A DNA stretch of 63,432 nt, filler included, from Reticulomyxa filosa (lineage: Eukaryota > Protista > Foraminifera), in NCBI GenBank assembly GCA_000512085.1. It is 19 parts of 19 records of this genome, joined end to end, with 100 filler letters (N's around TTAATTAATTAA, not from the genome) between each part and the next. Parts side by side here need not be neighbours in the genome. Positions count along the whole stretch, not along the records: positions 24,316 to 31,460 come from ASPP01007599.1; positions 31,561 to 33,698 come from ASPP01026506.1; positions 33,799 to 35,387 come from ASPP01001843.1; positions 35,488 to 37,248 come from ASPP01018916.1; positions 37,349 to 39,847 come from ASPP01020961.1; 14 more parts are not named here. The stretch is one strand, 5' to 3'. The notes under the pieces were generated by a model. It saw only the letters and a program-made list of their open reading frames with translations. It made no database searches and had not been told where the DNA came from. The translations under genes and the position numbers were made by a program. How positions within the stretch are numbered: the stretch's first letter is position 1; the number at the start of each line of letters is the position of its first letter. Shown here one piece after another: positions 24,977 through 37,406 of this stretch.

Positions 24977-26849
24977 ATGGCCACTGTGCAGCTGTCAAAG
25001 AACAAAAAAAGCAGGGACACTAAATCAAAAAAAATCCTTCACAATAATTTTGGTCCAATGGAAAATGAAAAAAGTGGCATTCACGTATGGAAAGGCAATA
25101 ATATAACCCTCTTTGAGGGACGTATTATTGGACCTTCACAAAAGTACAATTATATGGGTTCGTTTATATTGATACTGGTCCCGGGAATGTTATTTATTGT
25201 GGGAGTGTATGTAATGACTTTTTTAAGTTCATAGGTTGTTCTTTTTCTCCCATAGTACTGATACGATTAACTTTTTGTTCAAAAAATAAAAAAACGAAAG
25301 TGGGCCACAATTGGGGTCGAAACACGGGCTGTGGTACCCGTTGGTAATAGCAATACTGTTATTGTTAGTATCTTTGAGCGCACTAACGAAGACCGCCTTC
25401 AGTGACCCAGGCATAATACCACGAGAAATTTTAAGCAGCAAAGCCAACGAGCAATGGTCAGGGCCAAAGTCCGAGCGTCAATTCCTTCGAATTGCCGGGA
25501 AGACAGTCGAAATGAAGTGGTGTAGTATGTCTATGTCAACATACGTATATGTATACATGACATATATATATATGAGAGGGGGGGGGGGGAGGGGAAAGGG
25601 GGGGAAGAAAAAAAAAGAAGACATAAAACTATATTGAATGAATGAAACACTATACAATCAGAGACATGCCGAATTTTCCGTCCGCCTCGGTCATTTCATT
25701 GTGCGACTTGTAATAACTGTGTGGAACGATTTGATCACCGTTAAATAAACAAAAATCCGAGAGTGATATTTTATTTATTTGTTTATTCGAACGACAATTA
25801 TAAAAAAAAAAAAAAAAATTATATAATACATATGATAAGAATAGATTGTCCTTGGATTGGCACGTGTATTGGATTGCGCAACTATGGCGCATTTTCGTTG
25901 TTTGTGAATAGCACCTCAGCGGTGTCATTGTGGTCACTGGGGTTTTGTGTTTGGTCGTTATATTTAACTTCCAAAGACGTACACTCCAACGATGGCTGGA
26001 ATCACTTTGTCCAAACAATTTCGAAACAACCCATCGCTCTCGCTTGTGGCTTGCTCATTTGCGCCGGAATGTGGTTTGTCATTGGCTTGGCTGGATTTCA
26101 TTGCTACTTAGCTTTCAATGGCAGAACCACGACGGAAGAAGTTGGGTCTATATTTCCACCACTTATTACATTACGTTATATATGTATATATGTATATATG
26201 TATGTAATGCTTGTCAATAGCTGCGTCGTCGATTTGGCAGTGAAAATCCGTTCTATCAAGGATGGATCAGCAATATTATTAATATGTGTTGTCAAATTCC
26301 AAAGTCACAACTTCACATTCATCACATCCGCCCACAAATGAAAGAGAATGAACAAATTGTCAACAAACAAACGGTTGTGTATTTGTCACAAAATGCAGTC
26401 AACCGATTAGTAATTGAGCATTTTGCAGGTCTCGTGCTTGCTCTTTTGTTATCATCGTTTTTAAATTATTGAAAGATTTTTTTTTTCTTCCCCCTCCCCC
26501 CTCTGTGCGGATATGTGCATCCACAGACGTTGAAATGGTACAGGCTGACAAACAACAAACTTTGGCTGAAGGGACTTCCAACAATGCCCACCAACACACT
26601 GTCGCCACGACTGAGAAAAGTGGTAAAGACAAAGCTACTAATAGTATCGATGATACAAAGCAGCAACTTCAAAAACCAACCCACGAACATTTAGCCAATG
26701 AGAAAGAGGCACCGAAAGAATTGCATGAACACATGGTCAACGCAACATATCAGAATCATTCGTCAGATCAAAACAATCAAAATGTTGTCCACGCGAACTT
26801 GAACACTTTGGCAAACACTACAACGGAAGTCTCATCATCGACAAACTGA
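24977..26849 (+). CDS. DHHC palmitoyltransferase, Erf2/ZDHHC9-14-18-like, multi-exon
   Basis: [53 protein letters not shown]. Intron 25740-25844 splits the second His codon (C|AT) and restores [16 protein letters not shown]; TTTEE and ENPF follow. Confidence 0.92.
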
Positions 26850-27078
26850 AAACTGAACATACCCATTTTTGCTGTTGTTTAATTATCGATTTTACAGTAT
26901 CCTATATGTCTTACAACTATTTCAAGTGTAAAAACTAAAAAACGAGCATTTTGAGAATTTTGTCGTACAAATTATAATCAGTTCATGTTTAGAAATTTAC
27001 TTTTTTTTTTACGAGTGAGAATGAAAATTGGTATCTAACTTCAATAAAACATCACTTTTTTTTCTTTAATGAAGTTCA

Positions 27079-27116
27079 ATATATCAAGTGTTGTAATATA
27101 TATCAAGTGTTGTAAT
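27079..27116. repeat. Perfect 2 x 19-bp tandem duplication
   Basis: ATATATCAAGTGTTGTAAT occurs twice, in the intergenic region between convergent genes. Confidence 0.85.
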
Positions 27117-27541
27117 ACAAATGCACATTTGGATCATTTCACTCTATTAAATGATTAAGCACAAACACTTTTTTTTATTTGCCAGAGTGTACGTTTTTCT
27201 AAAGCAATTGTAAGAACGTTCACAAGGTATTTCATGAGTTTGTAAATGGGCCTGTTTTTCATTTGTTCCGATTTTGTTTTTTACGTGCTTAAATAACGTT
27301 TATAAGTTGTGAACAATATCCTTACAACGATGTGCCATTCACAAAAAAAAAATTGATATAATTGTGTTGTAATGTTTTGACAATTGGATAGCATAAGGCA
27401 ATGAAAATGTTTGTCATGACTGACAATATCACAAAAAATATTTTATATTGAGAATTTGTGGAGCTTTTTATTTGTAAATAAAGAATCCTTTAAAAAAAAA
27501 AAGCCAAAAATACAATAAACCCGCAAAGTCAATCCTTGAAA

Positions 27542-27928
27542 TCATTGTTGGGATGAGGTCTGCGATTGATTAATGCCGATTCTTTGCTGTGTTGACATAT
27601 GCGACCGTTTTAGCAATTCGTTTTCATAGGCTTTGGAAGTACAACTACTTCCATCGTTCATCGAACTAGTACTTTGCGTACCCATAGAGGTCTGAGATAA
27701 TGTCTTCGCAAAACTGCTATCATTCTTCACAGAGGATAAGGCATGCTGATTATCATCAAAAAGAAAGCCGTCACTGGTTCCTTGTTTTTGTTGAGCTAAT
27801 TTTTGACGAAGCAAAATTTGTTGTTCAAAAACGCGCTTCTTCTCTAATTCACGTAATCTTTGTTGTTCATCAAGTTCCAAGGTGTCAACTTGGCAAAGTG
27901 GGATCCTTGTACACTTTCGGCGAAGCAT
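27542..27928 (-). CDS. Hypothetical protein, last exon (coiled-coil, then Ser/Gln-rich)
   Basis: 128-aa ORF with EQQRLRELEKKRVFEQQILLRQKLAQQKQ; 5' end uncertain. Confidence 0.4.
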   Translation of the reverse strand: MLRRKCTRIPLCQVDTLELDEQQRLRELEKKRVFEQQILLRQKLAQQKQGTSDGFLFDDNQHALSSVKNDSSFAKTLSQTSMGTQSTSSMNDGSSCTSKAYENELLKRSHMSTQQRIGINQSQTSSQQ

Positions 27929-28426
27929 TGGAATGACTCTTGATTATAGAATAATTTCAAAATCGTCCCTCTTTTGTTTGCTGGCCTTTTTTTTAGAAAC
28001 TACTCAATTTTTTTTGGTGCAAATTGAAGTTCATTTTAGTGTTACCACAAAAAGATCCTTCCTTTGTAGGTCAAACTTTGTTAAAGTATACTAACTTTTT
28101 TTTCTGAAGGACGTTGTAAAAATACGAAAAATTGTCAATGCTCAGAAAAATTTTCTTTCGTGTATACCCCCTTGGTCATTGCGTTGTTCTTTGACAAAGT
28201 CAGAATATGACAAGTTATGCAATGCGAATAAGAGAACAAGTAATTCCTTTCAAGAACAACCAACCTAAAAAAAAACCAACAAGATGGGTGGTTTGATGAA
28301 TACCAAAAATTAGAAAACGCTGAAAGGAAAGGAGGGGGGAGAAAATAAGAAAAAAATTAACAACCCCTCAAAACAAAAAAAAAATATGGAGAAATTTTTT
28401 TTTTCTGTTTCGTTTTCTTTGAATTC

Positions 28427-28957
28427 TTAGTAACCAGAGCAATACAATTGCGAAGTCCAGCTGCTGCAGCCAATGTAACTGGTCAATTCACAGCAAGTAT
28501 TTTCAATGGCATTTGTTTTGATCATCTCGCTGCTCTTTTCTTGCATGGATAAGTATTTTTCGCATTGGCTTTCACATTCTGTTGCAAAAAAAACATATGA
28601 ATATGAACACAAAAAAATAAGTCTTTGAAACGTACACTACTCATAATCAAGAATATTCATCAATTTTGAAAACATATACAATGATTCAAACTCACCACAG
28701 AATGACACTATTGATTGTGCCTTGCATCCAGTGGCAATTGCAACGTCACAGCACGTTTGTCCACGATCACTGTGAAATTCAGCAACCAAGTTCATGCCAT
28801 TACTTTCAGATTTGTGGTTGAAAACTCCTCCAAAGTACACTCCCCATCCAACAAGGGCAACAACAGCCAACAACAACGTCAACCACATCCATCCACGATT
28901 TACCGTTTCCTTTTTCTCGGATTTGGTCACCAATGGGGTATAGGTTTGGCTTTCCAT
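28427..28957 (-). CDS. Small type II membrane or secreted protein with two Cys-rich repeats
   Basis: Intron 28579-28695 (GTGAGT...CAACAG, phase 1) joins ORFs 28637-28957 and 28427-28612 in frame. One TM segment, then TCCDVAIATGCKAQSIVSFC and TCCELTSYIGCSSWTSQLYC. Confidence 0.7.
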
Positions 28958-30519
28958 TATCTCGTTTATGTGATTTCAAGCAAACAATAAAAAAACCAAA
29001 ACAAATTAGGACACGCAAAAAAAAACAACTCCAACCCTTTCCGGGTTTTTTCTTCAAATTGTTCTTGCTTTTGTTGTTCAAGATTTGAGTGATTCAGCAC
29101 AATCTTTAATGTATGTGTCTGAAAACTAAAATAGTATCCCTAGACTCTTTTTATTGGTATATGGTCAGTTGTAGTAATAAAAAAAGAGAAAGCAAATGCT
29201 GCCAAAATTACACAATCGGATAAAACAAGAAATAACGAAGGTGAAATAACTTTTTTGTTGAGTCGGATATATTATCAGTATTTCACAATAAATTAAAAAC
29301 TAGAATTCTTTTTAAAATGAAAAATCTCTAAACTTTTCATATACACAAACGTATAATACTTTATAAAAGTAGTGAAAATCACACATATAAACCATAATTG
29401 ACTCTAGTATTGAATAATGAACTCATCATTTTGATAACATTTTACTTTTATTATTTAGGTGTCACCATACTTCAATATCTCTTTTGACACTTGCACTTTC
29501 TACAAAAGAAAAATCCAAAAAGAGATAATACAAATAGTAATTATTTTACATTTATTGTTAGATAATTTGATTTGTTAATGCAACTACTCTCATTTTCATA
29601 ACACTTACCAAACAATGCCAGTATTACAAGTAAAAAAAAATGATTAATCTTTTTTAAATAATTTTTCTGTTTGACATGTATTCCAGATTAGTATAAGCAA
29701 ATGTATTGCATATTACATATCTTCTGGCAAGAATATTTTTATTTGTTATCAAAAAATATTCAGTATTATGTGACGAAATCGATTTAAATAGTACAATGAA
29801 TATCGTGTATGTGTCAAATAAGATAGATTGAAATAAGTTATCATCAGTCACACCAGACACGAGGGTTTGAAAGAACGCTTCATATAACTTGTTTGCAACT
29901 GGACAGTACATATGATGACCAACATTTAATTGATATATCAGTGAACGCGGAAATTATGCCAACAGACATGAATAAATCAATATTCAATAATTTATATTCA
30001 CAAGTATATATAATGAATATAAATATATGTTAATTATTTTTGGTAAACTTTAATTTATTATTCGTGTTTGAAAGCATACAACTGTTGAACATTTTTTGGA
30101 AGCATATGCATTAAATGAAATTATAATCGATTACGTATAATTTTATTTTTTATACGTTTAAAGTACGGTTTTTGTTTTTGTAAAGGATAACGTATAAAAC
30201 ATTAAATTTGACAGTATTTATCTCCCCATATCAATTGAACACAAAACGATTTTAAAAAATTTTCTTAAAATATTTTCAGAAACTAAAAACTGGTCACTTT
30301 TGAAAATTTGCGAAAAGATTTCATTAAAAACTATTTAATTCGAAAAGATTGAACTTAAAAATTTAAAAAGAAATCAATGTGCCACTTTTTTGGTCACATG
30401 GCTTTCAAAGAAATATTTAAATTCGTTTACATCACACTTCACACAAAAGTTTTAGTAATTGTTATTGTCACCTGCGTCGTCGCCAGCATTGCCACATCAG
30501 TCAGTTGTTCAATCAACAC

Positions 30520-31460
30520 ATTTAAATAATCTTTTTCTAAGAAGCCTAAATCTTCACGAGCTTCAGCAAATTATACTTCCATTACTTCTCATACGTACCA
30601 ATGTACAAATGCTCGTTGGAGTACATAATATCATATTTTGAGCAATGCGTTTACTAAACACACGAAATACCAGTGTTGTTGGCTATCATCACAGCATTTT
30701 TACTAAATCTCAAATATCATCTTGTTATAATGTTACTGCTTGTACTTCGTTTAATCCTATTTTAAATCCTGTTGGACACCATTTGATTAAAGCAATTTTA
30801 TTTTTTGATTTTAACCATTACAATGTTGCGATTGCTTCTTTTGATTTTATGTCACCACGATAGTTCAAGGAAATGGCCATTTGTCTTCTGCAGGGTCAAA
30901 TATATTTCACAAACCAGTTCGTTGGCTTAAAACAGTCATATGTTATTTTTTGGATATCGTTTGGCGATGTTGATAAATCAACTTTCGGAATAATTGGACT
31001 CATTCCGGTAGTCATAAAGTGTAAGCGATGGAAAGGGACCAAGTTCGTTTGAAACTCGTTCAAATCTACATTTAATTCACCGCTAAATCGCAAAACGCTG
31101 TCATGGCGGAGATAACTTTCGAAATTAATTTGTTTAAATTATCTACATCTGGTTTGGCAATTATCAATTGCTTTTGGCAAATTCCATAAATGGCATCGTT
31201 GTCCAACAATAAAGAAACTTCTGTGTGGTCTAATAACCAATGAGTGGCCAACAACGCATTTTAAGGTTCTACGACGCAGGTTGACAAATTTGGTGAAGGG
31301 TATATCTCAAAATCAATTTTTGGTTTCTTTCTATAGTCAAGCGCCAAACGTTCCAAAATTAAGGCGCAAAACCCTGAGCCAGTGCCTCCGCATACACTGT
31401 GTCCGATTACAAAGCACATAACATTGTCGCAATTATCGACAAGTTTTCTTAATCGGTCAT
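30520..31460 (-). pseudogene. Divergent alpha-tubulin pseudogene (foraminiferan alpha2-like)
   Basis: [66 protein letters not shown] and WCPTGFKIGLN, with several stops and frameshifts and no introns seen. Confidence 0.9.
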
Positions 31461-33374
31461 NNNNNNNNNNNNNNNNNNNNNNNNNNNNNNNNNNNNNNNN
31501 NNNNTTAATTAATTAANNNNNNNNNNNNNNNNNNNNNNNNNNNNNNNNNNNNNNNNNNNNAATGCTTTATTTGAGTTTGATAGAAATGATTTGTTTGAAT
31601 TGTACCATTTTTTTTTTTGCAAACAATGAAAAAATTCGGATTGATATTTGCATTAACTTTAAATATCATTTTGTATTGTATCACAAACAAGACAAAGAAA
31701 TACAATCAGTCGAATGAGACTAAGTTAATGTTATGCACGAATACTAGACCGAATTTTTGATAGAGAAAGAGCATACAATCAAATAAATGTGGACAAATGT
31801 TCTAAAGGTATGTTATTTTTTGGTTTTGACAGAAAGATAAGATTGATTATCAATTTAGAAAATCGATTGAAATGAGTTCATACTACGTTCAAAAGATTAT
31901 TATAAAATTTTTATTATTTATTTGATTTTGAAATATATATGTTTCATTACGATCAGAATATAACACAAATTGTGCCATTTTCAATAGCATATTATTATTA
32001 TTATTAATTTCCAATTCATTTTTGAACAATTGTGATAGGTTTGGCTCTTTTCAGGTGATGATTAATACACATTTTAATTTGTTCTTTATAGAATATTAAC
32101 AACACCTTTTTCGTTTTTTCCTTTACTATATCTTTTTTTACTTGAATTGCGCAATTGTGATATAAATTTTTTTAATTATTTTATTTGATCAAAAGATTGC
32201 ATAAAAGGATAATGCAGTACAAACATTTTTTTTTGATTTGAAGCATGGCTTATAAATTGATGATTTAATTTCCGTTAGTGATCTGATAACTTATGCACGT
32301 GTTTCAAATTTTACTTCTTTATTGAGTAAATAGTTTGTCTAAAAATTGAATGAACAATTATGAAAATCAAATACACTTACACCAATGTCTTTAGATTTGG
32401 CAATCATTCGCTTCTTTTCTTTCAACACATAAACGACTAAATACACGCTTTGATTATTTGTCGTAGTATGATGTTTTTATGACGATTAAGGCAAAAAACA
32501 TAATTATGTTTAAAGACATAATTAATCTATAAAAATAATTTATGATTAAAGTTGTGACATATCAATAATAACACATTACTAATTTAAAATTAATTTTAAC
32601 TAGTCATTACATATTGATATCATTCAGTTCTTTTTGTTTTACAAAAACGAAAGAATAGTCTTGAGTCATTTGAGTGAGTTCATTTAATATTTCCTTCTTT
32701 CACTTCAATATCACTATCATTTATACGCTTTTTCCAACTCTTGCTTTTCCATAGATACAAAAAGTCAGAGGGGGAGAAAATCTATTGATTAAAATTATTC
32801 TCAACAGGATTTAGATTTAAGATATTTAAAAGCTCATTTAATGTTGTGCACAATTCACACTTTGCTTATTATATCATTGTGGAAACAAAATAAATGACAA
32901 AAAAAGGATTGAACATAGAAAAGTAGAGACATTTACAAATATTTGTTCATAGTTCGATAATTTTCAATATATTCTCAAAACAAATTACCTTCATTAGCCA
33001 ACTGCTTTGCTAAGCTCATTTGTGTTCATGTAAAAAAAAGGAAAACACTTCCAATCATTCAATGAAATAATATTTCTATTTAAATTAAAAAATTGAATGC
33101 GCTGCGTCAAATGAATTTTGTATTTTATAATGTCAAAATTAAATTATTTTGCTTAACATATATCTAAACTATTAATCGTCCTAATCTTATCAAACTCCAT
33201 TTTGAATAATTATTTGATATAAAAAGTGTGTTCATGCAATTCCAAATGAAAACTTATCAACTCTCTTCTAGTGTATGCGTAATCAAATCAAACAAATTCA
33301 ATATCATTTTACATTTCTTTCAATTAAACTTTCAAACAAAAAACGCTTTCATCTCTTATTTGGCAAAGACTAAA

Positions 33375-33698
33375 TTATCCCCAAATACAAACAGAACTTT
33401 TAGATGAACAATAACACAAATTCAAATCATATGCAACATTCTTTATATTCTCTTTCTTTTTTAATCCAATAAATTTAAAATAAAATATTCCATTATCTTT
33501 CTCGTCTCCTTCAATTGTATACAATTCATTCTTATTTGATCGAATATCCCAAAATCGAATTGTATTATCTTCTGACCCAGTACATATCACATTTGAATTA
33601 CCAATGTTATTCTTTATTACAAATGGTAAATATTCAACACACCATACAGTATCGGTATGTCCATTGAACACTTGAATTTGTTGACCAGATCGAATATC
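33375..33698 (-). CDS. WD40-repeat protein, 3' fragment
   Basis: DIRSGQQIQVFNGHTDTVWCVEY...NVICTGSEDNTIRFWDIRSNK...VCIWG*. Confidence 0.9.
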   Translation of the reverse strand, partial: DIRSGQQIQVFNGHTDTVWCVEYLPFVIKNNIGNSNVICTGSEDNTIRFWDIRSNKNELYTIEGDEKDNGIFYFKFIGLKKKENIKNVAYDLNLCYCSSKSSVCIWG

Positions 33699-33798
33699 NN
33701 NNNNNNNNNNNNNNNNNNNNNNNNNNNNNNNNNNNNNNNNNNTTAATTAATTAANNNNNNNNNNNNNNNNNNNNNNNNNNNNNNNNNNNNNNNNNNNN

Positions 33799-33947
33799 GT
33801 CAACTCATTACCATAACAAGTAGCTGTGTTTTCTGCTTTTCTGACGAAAAGGATGTTCCAATGAAACAAAAGAATATTGTTGAAGCCAGCTTTCAGCGTT
33901 CCACTTCCATTATCAATTATCAAACATTCCGTTGTTTTTTTGTCCAT
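33799..33947 (-). CDS. Actin or actin-related protein N-terminal fragment (possibly a pseudogene)
   Basis: MDKKTTECLIIDNGSGTLKAGF matches the actin phosphate-1 loop; sequence diverges afterwards and is truncated by the contig edge. Confidence 0.6.
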
Positions 33948-34351
33948 ATTTTTTAAAAGTCAAAAGTAATTCAGGTATGACAAAAATACCAAATATTTGT
34001 TCTGCGTTGCCCCTTTTGTTTTTTGTGATTATACAGTACAAAAAAAAGAAAAATAAAGTTAATTGGGTTTGTAAAAAGTATGCATTGAATTGTTTTGTTG
34101 TTTATCACTCATTCTAAATTCCAATGTTTTTCAAAACTAAAATTTTAAAAGGAGTGATGTTGTTCGTGATCTGGATGCAAAAGAAAGGAAATTTTTGGCA
34201 AGTTTAATCTTGTTTATAAAGTCAATTCGAGATCATAAAAAAAATATAAAGACGTTTTTTATGATCACAACAAAACAAAGTAATTAGTTGAATCTTATGC
34301 ACAAAAAATTTCAAAAAGTTTATTTATTTCATGCAAAAAAGGACAAAAATT

Positions 34352-35335
34352 TCATGCTGATTTTCGTTGTTGGAAAACGATGTCATAATCAGTAGTGTCT
34401 TGACTTTCCACACAATAAACGTCATTTTTATTGCGAAGTTCTGTCCTAATATCTTGCAACACTTGTTTGAATGGATAACCACTCTTATATGTTGATGTGA
34501 CAATATTTTTCATGTATTTACTCAACAATGACAAGTCAGCTACTGTATTTCCTTTGGTGGTTGACCAAATAACTAAAAATCCGTCATCCTTGTGCAATGG
34601 CCTTTTTCCTCTCATTACAGGTTTTTGAGGCTCTGGCTTACTCTTACTGCGACAAATATCAATGATAAATATCTTAGGGAAATCTTTAAATGATCGCATT
34701 CGGTTGCAATCAAAGGGATCTCGAAATTCATCAATGGATATACTCCCTCCGTCACTTGTCACTAACGCATCTCCTTCGTCTCCTTGATCTCCATGTCCAC
34801 AAATAATCGTAATCAATCCATCATATTTTTTTGTATTTCTGCGAAGTTCGTGATCCCTGATTACTTGATCAATAAAATCTAGAACGTCTTCTTTTGTCAT
34901 GCTCGGGGACGGATTGCATACAAATGTATAATTCAATTCTTGTTCAAACAATTGTTTAAAATTTTCATTGTCGTCCTCTTTCACGCCTGGAAGATTACAC
35001 CCATTTTTATTGTCATTGTATTCACTAATTCCAATCATTATCACCAATGCATTTTTTATTGTTTTTTTCTTTCCACTTATTATTGGGTGTTGAAATGGAG
35101 TCAATTTTATTTTAAAAAAGGGTTTATTACTTTCAAATTCTTTTTTTACAGCTTCATCTGATTCAATCATATTATCGTTCATATCAGCCAATTCAAGCTT
35201 TACATTATCATTTCTCATTTTTTGCAAGTCTTTCCATTCTAGACAATTATGAACTTGACGAAAGAGTTCTTCAAATGTCACTTCTTTCATTTTTATCAAC
35301 TTTTTTCTTTCATCCATTATCACGTATGCTGTCAA
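34352..35335 (-). CDS. Caspase-family (peptidase C14) protease with an N-terminal PB1/ubiquitin-like domain; catalytic dyad intact
   Basis: Intronless 327 aa. NALVIMIGISEY, YDGLITIICGHG (His), FPKIFIIDICR (Cys), DGFLVIWSTTKG. The N-terminal ~78 aa carries LELADMNDNMIESDEAVKKEF. Confidence 0.88.
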   Translation of the reverse strand: MTAYVIMDERKKLIKMKEVTFEELFRQVHNCLEWKDLQKMRNDNVKLELADMNDNMIESDEAVKKEFESNKPFFKIKLTPFQHPIISGKKKTIKNALVIMIGISEYNDNKNGCNLPGVKEDDNENFKQLFEQELNYTFVCNPSPSMTKEDVLDFIDQVIRDHELRRNTKKYDGLITIICGHGDQGDEGDALVTSDGGSISIDEFRDPFDCNRMRSFKDFPKIFIIDICRSKSKPEPQKPVMRGKRPLHKDDGFLVIWSTTKGNTVADLSLLSKYMKNIVTSTYKSGYPFKQVLQDIRTELRNKNDVYCVESQDTTDYDIVFQQRKSA

Positions 35336-35531
35336 CTATTTCGTATTTTGTTTCATAAAATCAAATCAAAAATAAAATTTACACATTNNNNNNNNNNNNN
35401 NNNNNNNNNNNNNNNNNNNNNNNNNNNNNNNTTAATTAATTAANNNNNNNNNNNNNNNNNNNNNNNNNNNNNNNNNNNNNNNNNNNNTATATATATACGT
35501 ATGTATACAAAAAAAATGACTGCCTGTACAA

Positions 35532-36878
35532 TTGACAATATGTGATAAATTGAACGAAATCAATGAGTGTATAGAAGATACGAGTATGGAGGAACGCGTA
35601 GAGAATAGCATTGACTGTGCAAAATTCGCTTTGAGAGACAAGACGTGTTCACACGACACAGTCGTCTCTTTTTTGAAACCTGCAAAACATGAAATCGAGT
35701 TATTTCAGGAGCAATACAATAACCAAAAAAAATACAAAAAAGAGTGCAAGTTATTCGATCAACAATTAGTACACCGGAAAAAAAACACACTTGGAAGAAA
35801 AAAAGCGAGCACTCACGTCGATATCATTAGCACAAGTTTATGTTATATACATATACATATATGTATATATGGTGTCAGTTTTTTACACTATTAAAAAAAA
35901 AAAAAAAATAATAATAAATGGTAAATGTGTGGTTTTGATCAAATAGGACAAAACGACGAGATATCGACGTTTGCGACCAGCCAAATTTAGCCAAATTGGT
36001 ATCAGTTTCCATCGCAATGGACTTGGTCACCACCGTTATGTTAAGCCGATGGTCGATAGTTTGAACAAGACAATATTCAGTGGCATCCATTCCAGTCACA
36101 CACACACACAAAGTGTAGCGAGAAAGTTCCCTTCGCATAGCTTTCGACAGATGCAAAATCAATGGACTACTGTTGGACGTCGCAGTCTTGCACAAATCAT
36201 TTCTCAACAACGATCAATGGCCTCCATTTCAGGCCTCTACAGGACCTCTTTTCATTCGAAATGTTGTTGTTATCGGAGGTGGAAGGAGAGAGGGAAAAAA
36301 AGAAGGGAGAGATTGCAAAAGAAAATATATTGGAGGATATACATAAACGTATTGACTACATACGTAGAAGCAACGTTGATGTATGTATACGTTGTTTGCG
36401 TAGGCAAAAAAATCAAATTCATACATTCCCGCTTGGCCGTCTTCAAGATGGCAAATACTTTTCAAATCGAAATAGGAAAAGAAAGAATAGTGCCTTGTAC
36501 CCGAATATTCCGAACATCACTCAGACTGTACGTGACAGTGAAGATAATTGTGGATGTTTGAAAAATCAATATCACACTTGAATAGCTCGGCAATTTGCGA
36601 CTCTGAATGAAAATAATCCTCCGCAAAATATAAAGGCAATGCTTAAAAAGATACAGCAAAAAATGGATCAAGTTCGGGGACATACAAACCCTGAAGCGTA
36701 TTATGAATTGTATTCCTTGCAGATTACGTATCGAGCATGGCTTGCGCAAGAGAGTAGTGTCCCGAAAATCTTGCAGCATTACACAGGCCGGGTGTTCCAA
36801 GCAACAAGTATGTACATTACCGGATTGAAAATACCGGACAATTTTGAATGGCAATATTTGGATGATCGCCATTGCTGA
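35532..36878 (+). pseudogene. Fragmented hypothetical gene (degenerate or error-rich)
   Basis: Coding-like blocks in shifting frames (35532-35894, 36162-36581, 36639-36878) interrupted by stops. Confidence 0.3.
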
Positions 36879-36922
36879 ATCTCATTTGGCCCGGAAGTGG
36901 CATCGTATGTGGAGTGGTTCTA

Positions 36923-37248
36923 TCATAATGAATTTGACATCATTGCATCCCCATCACGTGAAAATTGCGCGCTTGTTATCATCCCGGAATGTCCATTCAT
37001 TGTCATTAACTCTCTTCCCGCATTTACATCGTACAATTGAATAGCACCTGACTTTGAGCAAAATGCAGCCATTTTTCCATCTGGTGAAAATTGTACACAA
37101 TTGATGTTCAATAAATCCACTTTCAGCAATTGCATTTCCATTTCTAATTTTGAATCGTAAATGCGAATTGTATTGTCACTGGATGCTACAATGATTTTTG
37201 TGTTATTCGGGGAAAGATATGCAATGCTCGTAGATTTTGAATTAATAG
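36923..37248 (-). pseudogene. WD40-repeat fragment with a frameshift and premature stop
   Basis: LSPNNTKIIVASSDNTIRIYD, then in another frame CVQFSPDGK...AIQLYDV...MNGHSGMITSAQFSRDG. Confidence 0.7.
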
Positions 37249-37406
37249 NNNNNNNNNNNNNNNNNNNNNNNNNNNNNNNNNNNNNNNNNNNNTTAATTAA
37301 TTAANNNNNNNNNNNNNNNNNNNNNNNNNNNNNNNNNNNNNNNNNNNNATATATATATATGTATATGTGATTAGATATAATATCGGAGCCACATTTTTCC
37401 TCTTGG

